Source of the DNA: Octopus sinensis
Lineage: Eukaryota
Direction: 5' to 3'
DNA: 8,416 bases
NCBI RefSeq assembly: GCF_006345805.1
Contig: NW_021828413.1
Location: 1 to 8,416 of the forward strand
Position numbers and translations under genes: made by a program. The number at the start of each line of letters is the position of its first letter. Position 1 is the first letter of the stretch. Positions 7,532 through 8,416 of this stretch are shown in pieces. The notes below the pieces were generated by a model. The model was not told where the DNA came from and searched no databases. It saw nothing but the letters and a program-made list of their open reading frames with translations.

Positions 7532-7570
7532 ACATTGAAAATCCAGTGGACCTACAAGTACAACGGAGTA

Positions 7571-7961
7571 TGGATGGAAGCACTCCGTCGGTTACGACGA
7601 CGAGGGTTCCGGTTGATCCGATCAACGGAACAGCCTGCTCGTGAAATTAACGTGTAAGTAGCTGAGCATTCCACAGACCACGTTGTACCTTAACGTAGTT
7701 CTCGGGGATATATTCAGCGTGACACAGAGAGTGACAAGGCGGCCCTTGAAAATACAGGTACAACAGAAACCAGGAAGTAAGAGTGAGAAAAGTTGTGGTG
7801 TGTGAAAGAGTACAGCAGGGATCACAAACCATCCTGCCGGAAGCCTCGTGGAGCTTTCGGTGTTTCGCTCATAAACACTCACAAGCCTCAGTCTGGGAAT
7901 CGAAACCGCGATTCTACGACGCGAGTCCGCTGCCCTAACCACTGGGCCATTGCGTCTCCAC
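7571..7961 (-). mobile_element. tRNA-derived SINE family A, copy 3
   Basis: A box TGGCCCAGTGG, B-box-like GGTTTCGATTCCC; tail ends CTTCCATCCA; TSD ACAACGGAG at 7560-7568 and 7962-7970. Confidence 0.95.
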
Positions 7962-8010
7962 ACAACGGAGAATACCAAGAAGCTGACTCGAACAAAATGA
8001 AATATCACTA

Positions 8011-8049
8011 ATGCTGGGGCACCACCTTGAAAATTCTTTTAGTCTAATG
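8011..8049 (-). mobile_element. Possible 3'-terminal stub of another SINE family, truncated by the hAT insertion
   Basis: ATGCTGGGGCACCACCTTGAA...TTTTAGTC resembles, from memory only, the end of an abundant octopus SINE. Confidence 0.35.
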
Positions 8050-8238
8050 CAGTGGTTCGCAACCGGGGTCCACCTGGCCCCTGAGGGTTCATATAAAATT
8101 TTTGGGGTCCACGCAAAAGCTAGTAAATTGGGTACCGCTATAGCATTTTAAGGGCTCCTGAAAAAAATTTGTTTTAGATGGATGTATTGGTATGTATTGC
8201 AAGAGACATCTAGGTTTCTCTCTTTAACATTTTACATT
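8050..8238 (+). mobile_element. One end of a hAT-superfamily non-autonomous DNA transposon
   Basis: Begins CAGTGGTTCGCAACC, like hAT/Charlie TIRs (CAGTGGTTCYCAA); repeated subterminal GGGGTCCA (8065-8072, 8104-8111); preceded by GTCTAATG. Second TIR not in window. Confidence 0.65.
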
Positions 8239-8240
8239 TA

Positions 8241-8416
8241 AAAAATAATAATAATAATAAATGCGCCCTTTTAAAGCCTAGCCAGGCTCATGGGCCCGGT
8301 TTCCCTGTTTCAATGGTGTATGTATTCCCCAGCTGGATGGGGCGCCAGTCCATCGCAGCGTTACTCATTTTTGCCAGCTGAGTGGACTGGAGAACGTGAA
8401 ATGAAAGTATTTGCCA
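8241..8416 (-). mobile_element. 3' part of a CORE-type SINE (family C) with a V-domain-like motif and (TTA)n tail; continues beyond window
   Basis: 8363-8416 matches the CORE-like segment of family B (ACTCATT.TTGCCA.CTGAGTGGACTG...AACGTGAA.T.AA). Minus strand then reads CTGCGATGGACTGGCGCCCCATCCAG and ends in TTA repeats (8244-8260). Confidence 0.85.

Noticed and set aside
2790-7961. tRNA-like segments at 2790-2859, 3186-3259, 3861-3930 and 7890-7961
   Set aside because: They are SINE heads attached to bodies and TSDs; no closed acceptor stem, so not tRNA genes.

Overview
Eukaryotic, non-coding, repeat-dense DNA; the SINE types and microsatellite load look cephalopod (octopus-like), which is an inference from recalled repeat sequences. 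No intact host gene is supported: nearly all listed ORFs are translations of microsatellites or SINEs. The window holds a decayed DD37D (maT-type) Tc1/mariner transposase relic, three full-length copies of one tRNA-derived SINE each with its own target-site duplication, two CORE-type SINEs with different 3' tails, a Meta-domain-like SINE relic, a 392-bp non-autonomous Helitron, the end of a hAT element, and many simple repeats. The most notable unexplained structure is a ~240-bp patch that duplicates sequence 1.75 kb upstream and splits the transposase relic just before its second catalytic motif. It has junction microhomology and a 12-bp stutter, consistent with a templated-insertion repair scar. 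Also notable are domain shuffling between the SINE families, inverted SINE pairs and a perfect 40-bp palindrome.
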